DNA from: Opitutaceae bacterium
Lineage (GTDB): Bacteria > Verrucomicrobiota > Verrucomicrobiia > Opitutales > Opitutaceae
Direction of reading: 5' to 3'
Assembly (NCBI GenBank): GCA_016794625.1
Contig: JAEUGY010000004.1
Location: 13,287-77,286, forward strand
Length of the DNA stretch: 64,000 nt
Shown here one piece after another: positions 9,745 through 18,662 of this stretch. The position numbers and the translations under genes are program-made. Numbering within the stretch: position 1 is the stretch's first letter; each line of letters opens with the position of its first letter. The notes under the pieces are model-generated. The model was not told where the DNA came from, made no database searches, and saw only the letters and a list, made by a program, of their open reading frames with translations.

Positions 9745-11172
9745 ATGATCTCCCCACAAGATCTCGGCTCTGCCTCTCCTCCTCCCGCCTTCGCTGGTCC
9801 TACCACGACCCTCGATCTGGACCTGATCCGCAAATACTCGGGTCCGGCACCGCGGTACACGTCGTATCCTCCTGCGACGCAGTTCCATGCCCAGTTTTCG
9901 ACCGCCGATATCGAAGCGGCGATCGCGGACGATAATGGCGCGGAGGCCGGACCCATCTCACTCTACCTGCACCTGCCGTTCTGTGAGACGCTCTGCTGGT
10001 ACTGCGGGTGCAATACCGTCATCACCCGGCAGCACGGCGCCGCCGATGCCTACCTGGACACCCTGACCCGGGAACTTGACCTGACGGTGGCCCGGATGGA
10101 ACGGACACGGCCGGTCACGCAGCTGCACCTGGGCGGCGGCACCCCGACCTTCCTGAACGCGGAACAACTGCTGCGTTTGAGCGACTTGCTGAAGTCGCGC
10201 TTCGTGTTTGCACCGGATGCGGAGATCAGCGCGGAGATCGATCCGCGCCGTCTGACCGGTGAACAGGTCGCCGCCTTGCGCTCCCTCGGCATGAATCGCG
10301 CCTCCCTCGGGGTGCAGGACACCGACGAACGCGTTCAGCGGGCGATCAACCGGATCCAGCCCCAGGAGACCAATCAGCGGGCGGTGGAGTGGCTGCGCGC
10401 AGCCGGGGTCACGTCGATCAATCTCGATCTGATCTACGGTCTGCCGCTGCAGACGCCCACGACGTTCGATCGCACCTTGGATGACATCCTCGCGCTGCAG
10501 CCGGACCGGCTCTCCGTGTTCAGCTACGCGCATGTGCCGTGGATGAAGCCCTCGCAGAAGATCTTTGAGCACCGCAACCAGCTGCCGGTCCCGGAGGGCA
10601 AACTGGCCATGTTTGCGTTGGCGCATGAGCGGTTGACGCAGGCGGGGTTCCTCGATGTCGGGCTCGACCATTTCGCCCGTCCGGGTGACGAACTCGCCCT
10701 CGCGCTGCGCGAGGGCACGCTCCACCGCAACTTCCAGGGCTACACCACGCGGGCCGGCGCTTCGCTCTACAGTTTCGGGCTTTCGTCGATTTCGCAGACC
10801 GCCACCACCTACCGGCAGAACCACAAGACACTGGGCGCCTGGCGCGGAGCGCTCGAAAACGATCTCTTCCCGGTCGAGCGTTTCCTGCGCCTGACCGACG
10901 AAGACGTGCGCCGGCGCGAGCTGATCATGAGCCTGATGTGCCGCCGCGAACTGAACTTCGCCGACCTCAATCGCCGCCTGGGCGTCGATGTCGCCACCCA
11001 GTATGCCCCGGAACTCGCGTCCCTCGTCGACCTCGAAGCCGACGGCCTGATCGAGACCAGTCCGCACGGCGTCAAGGTCACCCCGCGGGGCTCGCCCCTC
11101 CTCCGGGTCGTCGCCTCCCGCTTCGACGCCACCTTCCAGGCCGCCGCCCGCCGCCACGCCCAAGCCGTGTAG
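9745..11172 (+). CDS. hemN: Oxygen-independent coproporphyrinogen III oxidase (radical SAM)
   Basis: The N-terminal HemN signature is GPAPRYTSYPPATQF and the radical-SAM cluster motif is CETLCWYCGC. The ORF opens at 9661 (GTG). I placed the start at the ATG at 9745, but the start is uncertain. Confidence 0.88.
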   Translation: MISPQDLGSASPPPAFAGPTTTLDLDLIRKYSGPAPRYTSYPPATQFHAQFSTADIEAAIADDNGAEAGPISLYLHLPFCETLCWYCGCNTVITRQHGAADAYLDTLTRELDLTVARMERTRPVTQLHLGGGTPTFLNAEQLLRLSDLLKSRFVFAPDAEISAEIDPRRLTGEQVAALRSLGMNRASLGVQDTDERVQRAINRIQPQETNQRAVEWLRAAGVTSINLDLIYGLPLQTPTTFDRTLDDILALQPDRLSVFSYAHVPWMKPSQKIFEHRNQLPVPEGKLAMFALAHERLTQAGFLDVGLDHFARPGDELALALREGTLHRNFQGYTTRAGASLYSFGLSSISQTATTYRQNHKTLGAWRGALENDLFPVERFLRLTDEDVRRRELIMSLMCRRELNFADLNRRLGVDVATQYAPELASLVDLEADGLIETSPHGVKVTPRGSPLLRVVASRFDATFQAAARRHAQAV

Positions 11173-11192
11173 CCGCCTCGCGGACGAAGCGG

Positions 11193-11214
11193 CCAGCCCC
11201 CCGGGGGGGGCTGG
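11193..11214 (+). terminator. GC-only palindrome just downstream of hemN (possible terminator stem, no U-tract)
   Basis: CCAGCCCCCCGGGGGGGGCTGG starts 21 nt after the hemN stop. It is a perfect inverted repeat and is not followed by a T-run. Confidence 0.3.
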
Positions 11215-11247
11215 AATGACGAATGTCGAATGACGAATGACGAATGG
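11214..11247. repeat. Heptanucleotide tandem repeat (GAATGAC), about 5 units
   Basis: GAATGAC GAATGTC GAATGAC GAATGAC GAATGG. This is the reverse complement of the downstream array unit. Confidence 0.9.
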
Positions 11248-11422
11248 ACGATCCCCGGCAACTACGAGCCACGCGCCAACTCCGAACGCTTTGAGGCTCG
11301 CGCGGACGAAGCACCAGCGCAGAGCGCGAAGGTCGAAGCGTGGCAATCACGGGCCCCTGATCGGGCGGTGCGCCTCACACCTAAAACGTTGAGTCCCACC
11401 CCAAAACCCACTAGCCTCCACC

Positions 11423-11524
11423 TTCGTCATTCGTCATTCGTCATTCGTCATTCGTCATTCGTCATTCGTCATTCGTCATTCGTCATTCGTCATTCGTCAT
11501 TCGTCATTCGTCATTCGTCATTCG
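11423..11524. repeat. Heptanucleotide microsatellite (TCATTCG), about 14.5 units
   Basis: 102 nt of perfect TCATTCG repeats, ending 17 nt before the queD ATG. It reads as HSSFVIR repeats in the ORF track. Confidence 0.95.
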
Positions 11525-11541
11525 CCCTTCCCCTTCCCCCA

Positions 11542-12003
11542 ATGCCTTTCCGCATTGCCAAGTCCTTCATTGTTGAGAGCGGTCATATTCTTTCCAAACA
11601 CCCGGGTTCATGCCGGTTTCCTCATGGGCATAGTCGCACGGTGGAGATCGTGCTGGTGGCCGACACGCTGGACGCGCGGGACATGGTGGTGGACTTCAAG
11701 CTGTTGAAGCAGGCGGTGGGGGCCTATGTGGATCGCTTTGACCACAGTCTGGCCGTCAATTCCAACGACGCCCAATTCACCACGCTCCAGACGGCCTACG
11801 GCGACCGCATTCTCCGGTTTGAGGGGATCGATCCGACGAGCGAGGTCATGGCCAAGCTCATCTTTCAGCACGCCAGTGAGGCCTTGCGGCGTCTGAGTCA
11901 TGAGGCCCCGGCGGACGCGCTTTATCCGGTGCGACCGGTGGTGCGGGTCGAAAGGGTCCGCGTGACCGAAACTGCGTCCAGCTGGGCGGAATACTGGGAA
12001 TAA
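11542..12003 (+). CDS. queD: 6-carboxy-5,6,7,8-tetrahydropterin synthase / 6-pyruvoyl-tetrahydropterin synthase family
   Basis: ATG at 11542 within ORF 11230-12003. The 153-aa product contains SGHILSKHPGSCRFPHGHSRTVEI (Zn-binding His cluster), DFKLLK and FDHSLAVNSND. Confidence 0.8.
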   Translation: MPFRIAKSFIVESGHILSKHPGSCRFPHGHSRTVEIVLVADTLDARDMVVDFKLLKQAVGAYVDRFDHSLAVNSNDAQFTTLQTAYGDRILRFEGIDPTSEVMAKLIFQHASEALRRLSHEAPADALYPVRPVVRVERVRVTETASSWAEYWE

Positions 12004-12064
12004 CGGGCCGTCCCGCCCCGTTCGGCTGGTTTTGGTTTGACGTCGCCCGAGGTTTTCCAGCTCC

Positions 12065-13291
12065 GTGCGCATCGCCATGCGTACACCACCCCGTTTCGCC
12101 GCCTGGATCGCAGGCGCGCTGATCCTTGCCTGCGGTCCGCGTTTGTCGGCCGCCGATCTCCGCCTCACGCTGTCTCCGGCCCCCATGGACCGGGCTGGAC
12201 AGGTGATCTCCTTCACCCTGCCGCCCAACGCCCCCGCCCAGCCCGCCTTGCTCGATGCCCAGGGCCAACGGCTGCCTTTGCAAGTGGGTCCCGACCGCAC
12301 CGCCCGGTTCATGCTGGCCTGGCAGGCCGCCGGCACCTCGCCCACCTTTACGCTGACCAAGGGTGGCCCCGCACCCGACCAGGTCACGGTCAAACCCGAA
12401 GGCGGAGACCTCGCCATTCAGGTGGGCGGCAAGCCGGCCTTTTCGTACCGCATGGATCGCGAAAAGCTGCCGCGCCCCGACATCAAACCCGAATACAAGC
12501 GGGCCGGTTACCTCTATCCCATCGTCTCGCCCTCGGGGCGACCGGTGGCCGACGACTATCCGGTCCAACATGTGCACCACCATGGCATCTGGTCGCCCTG
12601 GACGAAGACCAAGTTCCAAGGCCGCACCCCGGATTTCTGGAACATGGGACAGAAGACGGGCACGGTGGAGTTTGTCGGCCTGGAGCGGAGCTGGAGCGGC
12701 CCGGTCGCGGGTGGTTTTGTCGCGCGCCATCGCATGGTCGACCTCTCCGCCCCCACGCCGGTGGTCGCTTTGCACGAAACCTGGGAAGTCACCGCGTACC
12801 ACGTCGGCACGGCAAGGCAACCGGTGCAGCTCTTTGAACTGGTGCTGACCCAAACGTGCGCAACGAACGATCCCTTGATCCTGCCCGAGTATCACTACGG
12901 CGGGCTGGGGTTCCGTGGATTGGGAAACTGGCTGGGTGAAAAGAACTCGCAGTTCCTCACCTCCAATGGCGAAACGGACCGGGTCAAGGCCCACACCAGC
13001 CGCGTCCGGTGGATCCATCAATACGGCCAGGGCGAAGGTGGCGTGGTCGGTCTGACCATGATGGATCATCCCGGCAATTTCCGCGCCCCGCAGCCCCTCC
13101 GCGTGCATCCGAAGGAGCCGTTCATCTGTTTCGCGCCGTCGCAGCTCGGCGACTGGTCGATCGAACCCGGCAAACCTTATGTCGGCCGGTACCGCTTCCT
13201 CGTGCAGGACGGCCCGCCCGACCGCGCCCTGCTCGACGCCTACTGGGCGGGGTACGCCCAGCCCGCGACCGCGACGATCAGTTCGCGTTAA
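12065..13291 (+). CDS. PmoA-family (DUF6807-like) secreted protein
   Basis: 408-aa ORF with a signal peptide. Motifs are VHHHGIWSPWTK, FWNMGQ, EYHYGGLGFRG and MMDHPGNFR, typical of the family annotated as methane oxygenase PmoA-like in PVC bacteria. Confidence 0.7.
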   Translation: MRIAMRTPPRFAAWIAGALILACGPRLSAADLRLTLSPAPMDRAGQVISFTLPPNAPAQPALLDAQGQRLPLQVGPDRTARFMLAWQAAGTSPTFTLTKGGPAPDQVTVKPEGGDLAIQVGGKPAFSYRMDREKLPRPDIKPEYKRAGYLYPIVSPSGRPVADDYPVQHVHHHGIWSPWTKTKFQGRTPDFWNMGQKTGTVEFVGLERSWSGPVAGGFVARHRMVDLSAPTPVVALHETWEVTAYHVGTARQPVQLFELVLTQTCATNDPLILPEYHYGGLGFRGLGNWLGEKNSQFLTSNGETDRVKAHTSRVRWIHQYGQGEGGVVGLTMMDHPGNFRAPQPLRVHPKEPFICFAPSQLGDWSIEPGKPYVGRYRFLVQDGPPDRALLDAYWAGYAQPATATISSR

Positions 13292-13363
13292 GGAGCCGCG
13301 GCCTGCACGCCGCGACCTCGCACCGGGTCGTTCGCCGGCATGCTCGGCGCCGCCTCCCGCTCC

Positions 13364-14311
13364 TCACGTGAAAAAGTATCGCGTGAGGTGAAAGAACAAG
13401 GGCGCGGAAAAACAGAGAGAATCGATCCGGTCGAGCATGCCGCCGTGGCCCTCGATCAAGGCGCCAAAATCCTTCACGCCCCGGTCGCGCTTGATCGCGG
13501 ACATGACCAGCCCGCCGCTGAACCCCATCAGGCAGATCGCCAGCGCCATGCCCGCCGCCTGCCACGGGGTGAACGGCGTGATCCACCACAAGCCGGCCCC
13601 AAGCGCCACCGCCGAGGCGATGCCGCCGGCAAAACCCTCGACCGTTTTGCTGGGGCTGACCCGCGGCGCGATCGGGGTGCGCCCGAACAGCTTGCCCCAG
13701 ACATACTGCAGGACGTCGCTCATCTGCACGACACACACGAGGAAGAGCAGGAGTTTGGCATTCTCCCCTTCATAACCCGGGATCGGCAGCGTCAGCAGCG
13801 CGGGCGCATAACTGACGAAGTAAATGCAGACCAGCAATCCCCACTGCACGCGGGCGGTGCGGGCGAGGAAATCCTCCGTCTCCCCCGCCATCGCCGCCCG
13901 GATCGGTATCCAGAGGCAGGCATACACCGGGATCAGGATGCTGAAAAGCCCGTACCACTCCGTCCAGACGAAGTAGTAGTGCACGGGCAGGATGACGAAG
14001 AAGGACCAGAACAGCGGCCGGTGGTCGCCGCGGCGGGTCGGCACCAGGGTGACAAATTCGCGCAGAGCCAGGAACGACATCGCCGCAAAGAGCAGCACCG
14101 AGGCCCCGTGCCCGGCCACGACCGCCGCGCCAAAGAACGCCGCCATGAACCACCAGGCCCGGATGCGGGCGTTGAGGTTTCGTACCACCGACTGCCCGGC
14201 TTCGCTGCGGGTGGTCCGGGCGAGCAGGGCGCCCACCAGCGACGCCACCACCAGCAGCCCCAGCACTCCCGCAAAAAACCACCGGGCCTCAAGATCGAGC
14301 AACAGGTTCAT
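13364..14311 (-). CDS. cdsA: Phosphatidate cytidylyltransferase (CDP-diglyceride synthase)
   Basis: 315-aa polytopic membrane ORF. The C-terminal signature is SPSKTVEGFAGG ... SAIKRDRGVKDFGALIEGHGGMLDRIDS. Confidence 0.9.
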   Translation of the reverse strand: MNLLLDLEARWFFAGVLGLLVVASLVGALLARTTRSEAGQSVVRNLNARIRAWWFMAAFFGAAVVAGHGASVLLFAAMSFLALREFVTLVPTRRGDHRPLFWSFFVILPVHYYFVWTEWYGLFSILIPVYACLWIPIRAAMAGETEDFLARTARVQWGLLVCIYFVSYAPALLTLPIPGYEGENAKLLLFLVCVVQMSDVLQYVWGKLFGRTPIAPRVSPSKTVEGFAGGIASAVALGAGLWWITPFTPWQAAGMALAICLMGFSGGLVMSAIKRDRGVKDFGALIEGHGGMLDRIDSLCFSAPLFFHLTRYFFT

Positions 14312-14340
14312 GAAATGGAATTCCCTCCCGCGGGCCGGTG

Positions 14341-14946
14341 TCAGTGTCCCCGCAGCGCGATCACCGCCGCGCGGGCGCGTTCAGCAAAGGCTTCCTTGGT
14401 TTCCCCTTCGATGCGCGCCAGCGGCGCACCCAGGGTCACCGAGCAGAGGAAGGGAATGGCGATCAGCTCGCCCTTCGGCAGGACGCGATTGAGGTTGTCG
14501 ATCCAGACCGGCACCAACTGTGCGCCGGGTTGCTCCAATGCCAGGTGAAACAGGCCGCTCTTGAAGGGCATCGGCTCCGGCTCGGAAAACCGTCCGCCCT
14601 CCGGAAAGAGGATGATCGAGTCACCCGCCTGCAGCACCGCCCCAAGATCCCGGACCGGGTTGTTCGCCCGCGTGACCTGCTTCCGCTCGATCAGGACAAC
14701 GTTGAACACCGAGGATGCCAGCCAGCGACGCACCGGGCCGCCGTTCCAGTAGTCGCGCGCCGCCGCCGCCCGGGTGCGGCGGCGCACCGGCGGAGGCAGC
14801 ACCGACCACAACACGACGAAATCGAGATTGCTCGTGTGGTTCGCAAAAAAGATCCGCGGAGCCGGCGCGTCCAGCAGCCCTTTGGGCCAGCGGGCGTGGG
14901 CGCCGGTGAACAACCGAATCCACCAGGCGAGGAAGGTCGCAATCAT
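14341..14946 (-). CDS. plsC: 1-acyl-sn-glycerol-3-phosphate acyltransferase family
   Basis: Internal ATG at 14946 of ORF 14341-15363. The HX4D motif is ANHTSNLD and the FPEG motif is ILFPEGGR. Its ATG overlaps the upstream gene's stop (ATGA at 14943-14946). Confidence 0.82.
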   Translation of the reverse strand: MIATFLAWWIRLFTGAHARWPKGLLDAPAPRIFFANHTSNLDFVVLWSVLPPPVRRRTRAAAARDYWNGGPVRRWLASSVFNVVLIERKQVTRANNPVRDLGAVLQAGDSIILFPEGGRFSEPEPMPFKSGLFHLALEQPGAQLVPVWIDNLNRVLPKGELIAIPFLCSVTLGAPLARIEGETKEAFAERARAAVIALRGH

Positions 14947-15590
14947 CGGGCCAGAAGGTGACGGGCGATGCGCCGCAGCCGTCGCACCGCAGTGACCGCG
15001 GTGCCGGCCGCGATGATGCCGAGGCCGGCCGCCAGCAGCAACCGTTGTTCGGATACCAACGCCTCGACGGCCGCAGCTAGGCAGGACACGGTGAGGAAAA
15101 ACATACGATGCTGTTTGGCCATCGGCCCGCAGAAGTCCTGCATCAGTCCGAGGCTGCCGCCAAGCACGCGCACATAGGCGGTGCCGACCGCCAGCAGGGC
15201 CGCGGCGGCACCCAGGGCCGGTCCCCAGGGACTCAGCGTGGCGAAGCCCGCACCCACGAGGAAGAGGGTGTCCTCGATCCGGTCCGGGACCTCGTTGAAG
15301 AGGTCCCCCAGCTTGCCTTTGAGTCCGCACTCCACCGCAATCAAGCCGTCGAGCATGTTGCACAGGAGTCGGAGTTGGATGCCCACCGCCCCGGCGGCAA
15401 GCCAGCCCGCCCGCTCACCGCCATCGGATCGCCCGGCCAGCACCAGACAGGCGCACCCGCCAAGGGAAACGAACACCCCCAGCACCGAAACGCCATTCGG
15501 GGTGCATCCCACCCGCGCCAGCATCCTCGCCAGGGCCCCTGCCCAGGCGGCGGAACGGGTCTTGAGGGGCCGGCGGTTGGTCACGTCCAT
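14943..15590 (-). CDS. CDP-alcohol phosphatidyltransferase family protein
   Basis: Internal ATG at 15590 of ORF 14943-15692. The signature D-G-X2-A-X8-G-X3-D-X3-D is seen as NMLDGLIAVECGLKGKLGDLFNEVPDRIED. The protein has multiple TM helices. Confidence 0.8.
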   Translation of the reverse strand: MDVTNRRPLKTRSAAWAGALARMLARVGCTPNGVSVLGVFVSLGGCACLVLAGRSDGGERAGWLAAGAVGIQLRLLCNMLDGLIAVECGLKGKLGDLFNEVPDRIEDTLFLVGAGFATLSPWGPALGAAAALLAVGTAYVRVLGGSLGLMQDFCGPMAKQHRMFFLTVSCLAAAVEALVSEQRLLLAAGLGIIAAGTAVTAVRRLRRIARHLLAR

Positions 15591-15601
15591 GCTCCGACTC
15601 A

Positions 15602-17827
15602 ATGATCCTGTCCGGCAAGGACAAGCCGTTACGCCACGCTCGACGCCCTTGCCTCCGGGCCGGGCCCACCCGGCCGGCACGCTTGCCTTCATTTTTCTCC
15701 TTCCGCCCCCCTGTCCGGTTCCCCATCGTCAGCCGCTTCCGCCCGGGCTCCCGCCCGGGTGGCACGTTGTCCCGCCTGGTCGTCCTCCTCGTTCCTCCGC
15801 CGCTTTCCACCGTGGATCTCGCGCCCGCCTCCTCCGGCTCCCCCCCGACGCCCTCCGCGGCAGCGGTGGATTCCCTTGCGGCCCGCGTCCGGACCCTCGA
15901 ACAGGCCGTCACCGCCCTGGAACGCGCCCAGGCCGTCGCCCACGTCGGCAATGTCGAGGTCGATCTCGACGACGGCACCCGTACCTGGTCGGCCGAGGTG
16001 TATCGCCTGCTCGGATTCGATCCGGCGGGCGGCGTGCCCACGCTTGAGGCCATCTTCGAACGGGCCCACCCGGAGGACCGCGAACGCTTCACCGAGGTGG
16101 TGCGCGACAGCTATGCCGGGCGGGCGGGCGAACCGTTTGACTACCGCACCGTGCTGCCCTCGGGCGACCTCCGCTGGATCCGCTATGTCGCCCAGGTGTT
16201 TGACGATCCGACCACCGGCCGGCGCCGGCTCTCCTCCACCCTGCAGGACGTCACCCCGCAAAACGAAATCGCCGCCGCCCTCGGCCGCACGACCCGGAGG
16301 CTGACCCGGGCGCTCGCCGTCGGGCGCATGGGGTTTGTCGACATCGACCGCCGTCTCGGCACCCGGATCTGGTCGCCGGAAATGTTCGCCCTCTTCGCCT
16401 TTCCTCCGGCTGCGCATCCACCGTCGCTCGAGCTCATGCTCAGCCGGGTTCATCCCCTCGACCATGCGCGGGTCCACACCATTTTCGACCGCAGCTACGC
16501 GACCGGTGAACTGGCGGGCACAATCGAATTCCGTCTTCTCCTGCCCGACGGCCGCCTCCGCTGGGTGCGCAATGTGGCCCAGCACGAGGAAGGCAACCGC
16601 GACCGGATCATGTCGATCTACCTCGACATCACCGACCTGAAACTCGCCCAGGACGCGGAACAGCGCCGCATGCTGGAACTGGCCTCGACCGTCGAGCACC
16701 TCGAACGCACCCGCGAGCGACTCGAACGGGCCCAGCGCCTGGCGCGCATGGGCGACGCCGAGCGCTACGTCGGCGAACCGCACCGAGTCTGGTCCGGGCA
16801 GATGCTCAAGCTGCACGGCCTCGCCGCCACCGACGCCATGCCCAGCCGCGAGGCGTTCCTCGAACGCGTGCACCCCGACGACCGGGAACGCCTGCTCGAC
16901 GCCCTGCGGCGCGCCGACACCGGAGAGCCGGTTCCCACCTTCGACTACCGCATCGTTCTGCCCTCCGGCGAGGTCCGCTGGCTGCGCGTCCACACCGAAA
17001 CCTCCAAGGATCCGGTCCGCGGCCATGTGCGGGTGGCCTCCTCGACCCTCGATGTCACCGAGCAGAAACTGGCCGAGCAGGAGATGCTCCGCTCCCTCGA
17101 GCGCGAACGGGAACTCGGACGGCTGAAGGCGGATTTCCTGCACATGGTGACCCACGAATACCGGACTCCGCTGGGCATCATTGTATCCGCAGCTCAGATT
17201 CTGGAGCGCTATCACGAGCGGCTGACCGCGGCGGAGCGGGCCGTCCACCTGACCGACATCCGCGCCAGCGCCCGCCGGCTCGCGGATCTGATGGAGGAGG
17301 TCCTCTTCCTCGGCAAGGTCGAGGCGGGGTCCCTTTCGCTCGAACTGCAGCCGATCGACTGCGCCGCGCTGGTGCGCGAGGTGGCGCACGAAGTGGTCAC
17401 CACCTTCGGCCCGGATCGCGAGGTCCGCATCGATTCCGGCGAGACCGACGCCACGGTGGTCGCGGATCGGCGGCTCCTGCACCACATCCTCGCCAATCTC
17501 ATTTCCAACGCCCTCAAGTACTCCACCGCACCCCAGCCGGTCTGGGTCGAAATCCGGGCGGACCCCGCCTCGTTGCGACTCGTGGTGCGCGACGCCGGCA
17601 TCGGCATACCCCAGCGCGACCAACCGCAGTTGTTCGAGATGTTCCGTCGCGGTTCCAATGTGGGCGCCGTCTCCGGCACCGGCCTTGGCCTGGTCGTGGT
17701 CAAGCGCTGCGTCGACCTCCACGGCGGCACCCTTTCGTTGCAGAGCGTCGAGGGTGAAGGCACGGCGTTCACCGTGGTGCTCCCCCTCCACTCCCCGCCG
17801 GACCCGGCCCGCTCCCTTTCTCCCTGA
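15602..17827 (+). CDS. Multi-PAS sensor histidine kinase
   Basis: There are four PAS-like units: FERAHPEDRE, LSRVHPLDHA, LERVHPDDRE, and an additional unit before the first. The HisKA H-box is HMVTHEYRTPLG. HATPase N/G boxes are NLISNALKYS and GTGLGLVVVKR. The start codon is uncertain. Confidence 0.85.
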   Translation: MILSGKDKPLRHARRPCLRAGPTRPARLPSFFSFRPPVRFPIVSRFRPGSRPGGTLSRLVVLLVPPPLSTVDLAPASSGSPPTPSAAAVDSLAARVRTLEQAVTALERAQAVAHVGNVEVDLDDGTRTWSAEVYRLLGFDPAGGVPTLEAIFERAHPEDRERFTEVVRDSYAGRAGEPFDYRTVLPSGDLRWIRYVAQVFDDPTTGRRRLSSTLQDVTPQNEIAAALGRTTRRLTRALAVGRMGFVDIDRRLGTRIWSPEMFALFAFPPAAHPPSLELMLSRVHPLDHARVHTIFDRSYATGELAGTIEFRLLLPDGRLRWVRNVAQHEEGNRDRIMSIYLDITDLKLAQDAEQRRMLELASTVEHLERTRERLERAQRLARMGDAERYVGEPHRVWSGQMLKLHGLAATDAMPSREAFLERVHPDDRERLLDALRRADTGEPVPTFDYRIVLPSGEVRWLRVHTETSKDPVRGHVRVASSTLDVTEQKLAEQEMLRSLERERELGRLKADFLHMVTHEYRTPLGIIVSAAQILERYHERLTAAERAVHLTDIRASARRLADLMEEVLFLGKVEAGSLSLELQPIDCAALVREVAHEVVTTFGPDREVRIDSGETDATVVADRRLLHHILANLISNALKYSTAPQPVWVEIRADPASLRLVVRDAGIGIPQRDQPQLFEMFRRGSNVGAVSGTGLGLVVVKRCVDLHGGTLSLQSVEGEGTAFTVVLPLHSPPDPARSLSP

Positions 17828-18456
17828 TGAACCCAAACCTCCGCATCCTGGTCGTGGAAGATGAACCGCGCATGCGCGCGAATCTGCTGACCATCCTCCG
17901 TCTCGAAGGCTTCACTCCGCTGGAGGCCCGCGATGGCCGCGAGGGGGTGGAGACCGCCCGCCGCGAGCAGCCCGACCTCATCCTGTGCGACATTTCCATG
18001 CCTGCGATGGACGGACACGCCGTGCTCGCCGCCCTGCGCTCCGAACCGGCGACCGCCGCCATCCCGTTCATTTTCCTCACCGCCCGCGGAGGCGCGACCG
18101 ATGTACGTTCCGGCATGAACCTCGGGGCGGATGACTACCTCGTGAAACCGGTGGAGGTGGACGACCTGCTGGCCGCAATCGACGCACGGATGAAGCGCAA
18201 GGAGCAGCTCATCCCGGCCCCCAAGCCGCGGGTTGAACCCTCTCCGGCCCTGCTCGTGCCGCTCGGGCTGACCGAGCGCGAGGCGGAAGTGCTCTTCTGG
18301 CTGGCGCAGGGCAAAACCAATCCCGAGCTCTGCATCCTGCTCGGCGTCCAGTTGACCACGATCAAGAAGCACCTCGAGAGCATTTTCCAGAAACTCGGAG
18401 TCGAAAACCGGACCAGCGCCGCCGCCATCGCCCTCGATCGCATGAACCGCGCCTGA
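17827..18456 (+). CDS. Response regulator, NarL/LuxR-type HTH output
   Basis: The REC domain is ILVVEDEP ... LILCDISMPAMDG ... YLVKP. The LuxR HTH is LTEREAEVLFWLAQGKTNPELCILLGVQLTTIKKHLESIFQKLGV. Its start overlaps the kinase stop by 1 nt. Confidence 0.9.
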   Translation: MNPNLRILVVEDEPRMRANLLTILRLEGFTPLEARDGREGVETARREQPDLILCDISMPAMDGHAVLAALRSEPATAAIPFIFLTARGGATDVRSGMNLGADDYLVKPVEVDDLLAAIDARMKRKEQLIPAPKPRVEPSPALLVPLGLTEREAEVLFWLAQGKTNPELCILLGVQLTTIKKHLESIFQKLGVENRTSAAAIALDRMNRA

Positions 18457-18506
18457 CCCAGGGCGCGCAGAGGACTGCCTGGATGGGAGTTGGTTCGGGC
18501 TCCGAT

Positions 18507-18611
18507 GGAGGGCGTCGCTCCGTCGACGCCGGGGGACGATCCACGAACCACGGCGAACGACCGTTTGGGTATCCGCGACGCGTAACCGGCGCCGACGGAG
18601 CGGCGCCCTCC
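18507..18611. repeat. About 105-bp MITE-like element with about 26-bp terminal inverted repeats
   Basis: The left end is GGAGGGCGTCGCTCCGTCGACGCCGGGGGACG. The right end is CCGGCGCCGACGGAGCGGCGCCCTCC, its imperfect reverse complement. The element is intergenic. Confidence 0.8.
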
Positions 18612-18662
18612 AGGGAGATAGAATCGAGGGTCCCGCGCACGATCCTCGGGTCGGCGCCCCGG

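Noticed and set aside
11230-11541. N-terminal extension of the queD ORF containing HSSFVIR x7 repeats, which looks like a repeat protein.
   Set aside because: The repeat is simply the translation of the (TCATTCG)n microsatellite (7 nt x 3 = 21 nt). It reads through in every frame. The conserved QueD sequence starts at the ATG at 11542.
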